From Chrysomallon squamiferum (lineage: Eukaryota; Animalia; Mollusca), in NCBI GenBank assembly GCA_012295275.1, contig CM022668.1:3596001-3660000 (forward strand): a stretch of DNA of 64,000 bases, given 5' to 3'. Positions within the stretch are counted from its first letter, which is position 1, and each line of letters starts with the position of its first letter. Of the stretch, positions 61,010 through 64,000 are shown in pieces. A program made the translations under genes and the position numbers. A model generated the notes under the pieces. It saw only the letters and a program-made list of their open reading frames with translations, was not told where the DNA came from and did no database searches.

Positions 61010-61619
61010 TTGTTTATGTATTTGTATACTGGATAAAACTCTCATATATCCGATATTTAAATCCCAAAACACGTAAACTTTCCAACATGATTTCAATCCC
61101 CTAAAAAATGACTATCATCGATGATTCACGCTTAGCGAGTTTGTAACAAATTTCGACGTCTGTTTCCAGCCACGCGTTGTCGACGAATTACGACGGAATT
61201 ATCAAGGGCTTTGTTCCGGGTTTTGCCGAAGTGAATCTGCCACGAAAGTGACTGGGTAAATGAGGAAAGAGCGCTGTTGTTTGTCCATTTGGATACTGCT
61301 TGTCAAAAGAGTTAAGTAGAACTTTGAAAACAAATAAATGAGATTTGCAAATTAAGCCAGTATGATGCGTTTGTGTAAGCCTAGGTAGAAGAGGTGAATT
61401 ATTTTATATTGTTTACGTGACTATATTTCTGTCAGTCTATAAATATGTCTGTGTGTTTCTCTGTCAAGCGAGTGTTTCTATTTTTTCTTTCTTTCTTTGT
61501 TGTTTAATTTAATTTATATAAAAGAAAGTTCTCAAAAAAGAACAAAATATCTTTGTATTTATTTTTTAAAGCTGAATCATTTCTTAAAACTACGCAAGGA
61601 TGAAAGCAAAACAACCACA

Positions 61620-62150
61620 TACACATAAACACTCAAACACAGTACACACACAGACATTCAGATAAACACACAGACACACATAGAGACACTCAGACACACA
61701 CAGACACACAGACATTCATATACACACAGACACACATAGAGACACTCAGACACACACAGACACACAGACATTCATATACACACAGACACACATAGAGACA
61801 CTCAGACACACACAGACATTCAGATACACACACAGCCACACATAGAGACACTCAGACACACACACAGACACTCAGACACACACAAACACTCAGACACACA
61901 GATACACACTCAGAAACACACAGACACACACAGACACTCAGACACACACACAGACATTCAGACACACACAGACACTCAGGCACACACAGACACACACAGA
62001 CACTCAGACACATACAGACACACACACAGACACTCAGACACACACAGAAACACATACACAGACACACACAGACACTCAGAGACACACTCAGACACACACA
62101 CAAACACACACGCATCACACACACGCGCGCGCGCACACACACACACACAC
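61620..62150. repeat. Complex (CA)n/(CAGA)-rich low-complexity array
   Basis: Direct reading. Confidence 0.93.
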
Positions 62151-64000
62151 CAGTACATATTTCCCTGAAAGTATTCAAAGTTTAATTGTCAATTTCAGAC
62201 TAGATAATATGAAGTGACTGAAGTAATAAAATAAAAGGAAAGTGGAGGCTATCAGTGGCTCTAGTATGTTGAAATATTCGAGTGCGTGTTTTGTGACTTT
62301 ACAGGTAACTACGTATTAAACATTTACACTTCCACAAACAGGATATTATAAGAGCCGATATTTCTTAGACCCTCAAAGCACCCAGTCATGTAGAACAAAA
62401 CTGAAGTATTAAAAATAAAAACGAAAAACTTTACTACTACATCAACCATTAAACGTTAATAATAATACTGAAAATAGAAATTTAGAAAAATAACAATGAA
62501 AACCTAAAAAGGAAATGTTTAGCACACAGTAGACATTTATCAATTAAAAACAATTCCTTACAGTTTAATTTTGTAAAACCTTTTAACCTTGTAGAAATTT
62601 CATCACGTCACCGATAGATTAATAAAGTAATCCTTTTTTTTGTGGAAAGGCGATTTATACGTACCATGAAGATATAATTACAAACATGTATGTCAAAGCC
62701 GCAGTGATAAACAGATTCTCGGGAATATTAACCAAAAGAGTTCAAACAAACAACAGCAGTAAGAATGAATTAATGTTCTATAAACTGTGTAAAAACCAAG
62801 TGAGGAAAAAAAAAAGTAATATAAATCAAAGCGATTTTTCATATGGAAACATAAGTTTTAGTAGAGTGAGTAAGAAAGCTGATTTGTTTCTGTGATATCG
62901 ACGTGCGTCGCACAAATCATTCTCGAAACTGTCGTACACATATGTGACACGTGACGAAGGTGCCAGCCTCACAGCATGTTTTAAAACGTAATTACAATAG
63001 GTAATTTAATACTTGTATAAAAACAGCCACATGAAAGAGATTTGTATTTATATAATGTCTCGCCAAACACGCCTAAGCTGTGGTTGTAATTAAGGACCAA
63101 GCAGACAGTGGAACATTAGTTAGAACGAGAATTAGACATATGTAGCCCGGAACAGTTCAGCGCGTCAAGTCAGCGCTTTACAAATAAGAAAAAAATGCGC
63201 TGCTGTCAGATTAATTGTAAATTTACGTTAAATAAATAATGTTGGCAAAAAGCTATTTATAAACAAAGATTGGCGTCTTAACCTTTTAGTGGAGCTAGAA
63301 CGAAAAAATTATAATTTATTATTAATAAAGGTTTGTCTGCAGGCGAAAGAAAAGACAGCAACAATAAAAAAATAAAAATAGACCAGGGGAAAAAAAGAAA
63401 ACAACAACAAAAAACAACAACAACAACAAACACACACAAAAAGAAAAAAAGTTTATCACATTTAGGTTTTTAGGAGACTTTATGTTCGTAGTATATCACA
63501 GGTATATAAAGAATTTTTCTGAACATTCTAAAGCATCATCTACTTTTATTTGCGATTTGTTTCAGGTATAGTCTTTGTAAATTTTCTACTGACTTGATTA
63601 AGTTGTAATCTGGATGTCATTGGTTTTCTATATTTATGTATATCCAGAGGCAATCACATTAGTATCATAAACTTTATATCATATATAACAACTGCTTATG
63701 TAACCTTTGGGTTTAAACAAAGGAAGAAACAAGCAGTCAAAGACAAAATGTAAAGGATCTTATCTCCATTACTGATTCAGTAAACAAACCATCAAACAAA
63801 CAAAAACAAAATTATTCCAAAAATAAATAAGTTTACTAAAAACATTGGTGTCACCGCATATGGTAAAAGAGTGACGATCCTAAACACTAATATATATTTT
63901 TTTAATTTCATTTGTTTTCCAACTTTAGGATTTATATTACAAAGATAATAAAAATAAAATTAAATTCTCAGTTGAAAGATAAAGAACCTTTTAATATCGA

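Overview
AT-rich, microsatellite-rich animal genomic DNA with spliceosomal GT-AG introns. A mollusc, probably a cephalopod, is inferred from repeat style and gene families but is not proven. Bases 1-33.4 kb hold a cluster of five GT10 alpha-1,3-fucosyltransferase (FUT10/FUT11-like) genes: copy A (last exon only, +), copy B (-), and copies C, D and E (+). B to E share one 6-exon layout, including an 8-nt first coding exon that the ORF track misses. A, B and C end in KDEL-like tetrapeptides (LDEF, REDL, RDEL), and B and C keep the canonical EESP and TEK motifs. D and E carry Glu-to-Asp changes at both motifs and lack the KDEL-like end, suggesting a relocated, functionally altered pair. From 37.3 kb to beyond the window end, the minus strand encodes an alpha-type nicotinic acetylcholine receptor subunit (4 exons visible). 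Its introns contain decayed Tc1, Tigger and other TIR transposons, minisatellites, and a 7 x 47-bp array that duplicates an exon end plus its splice donor. Copy E also carries a MULE and a Sola2-like insertion. All coordinates were read by eye.
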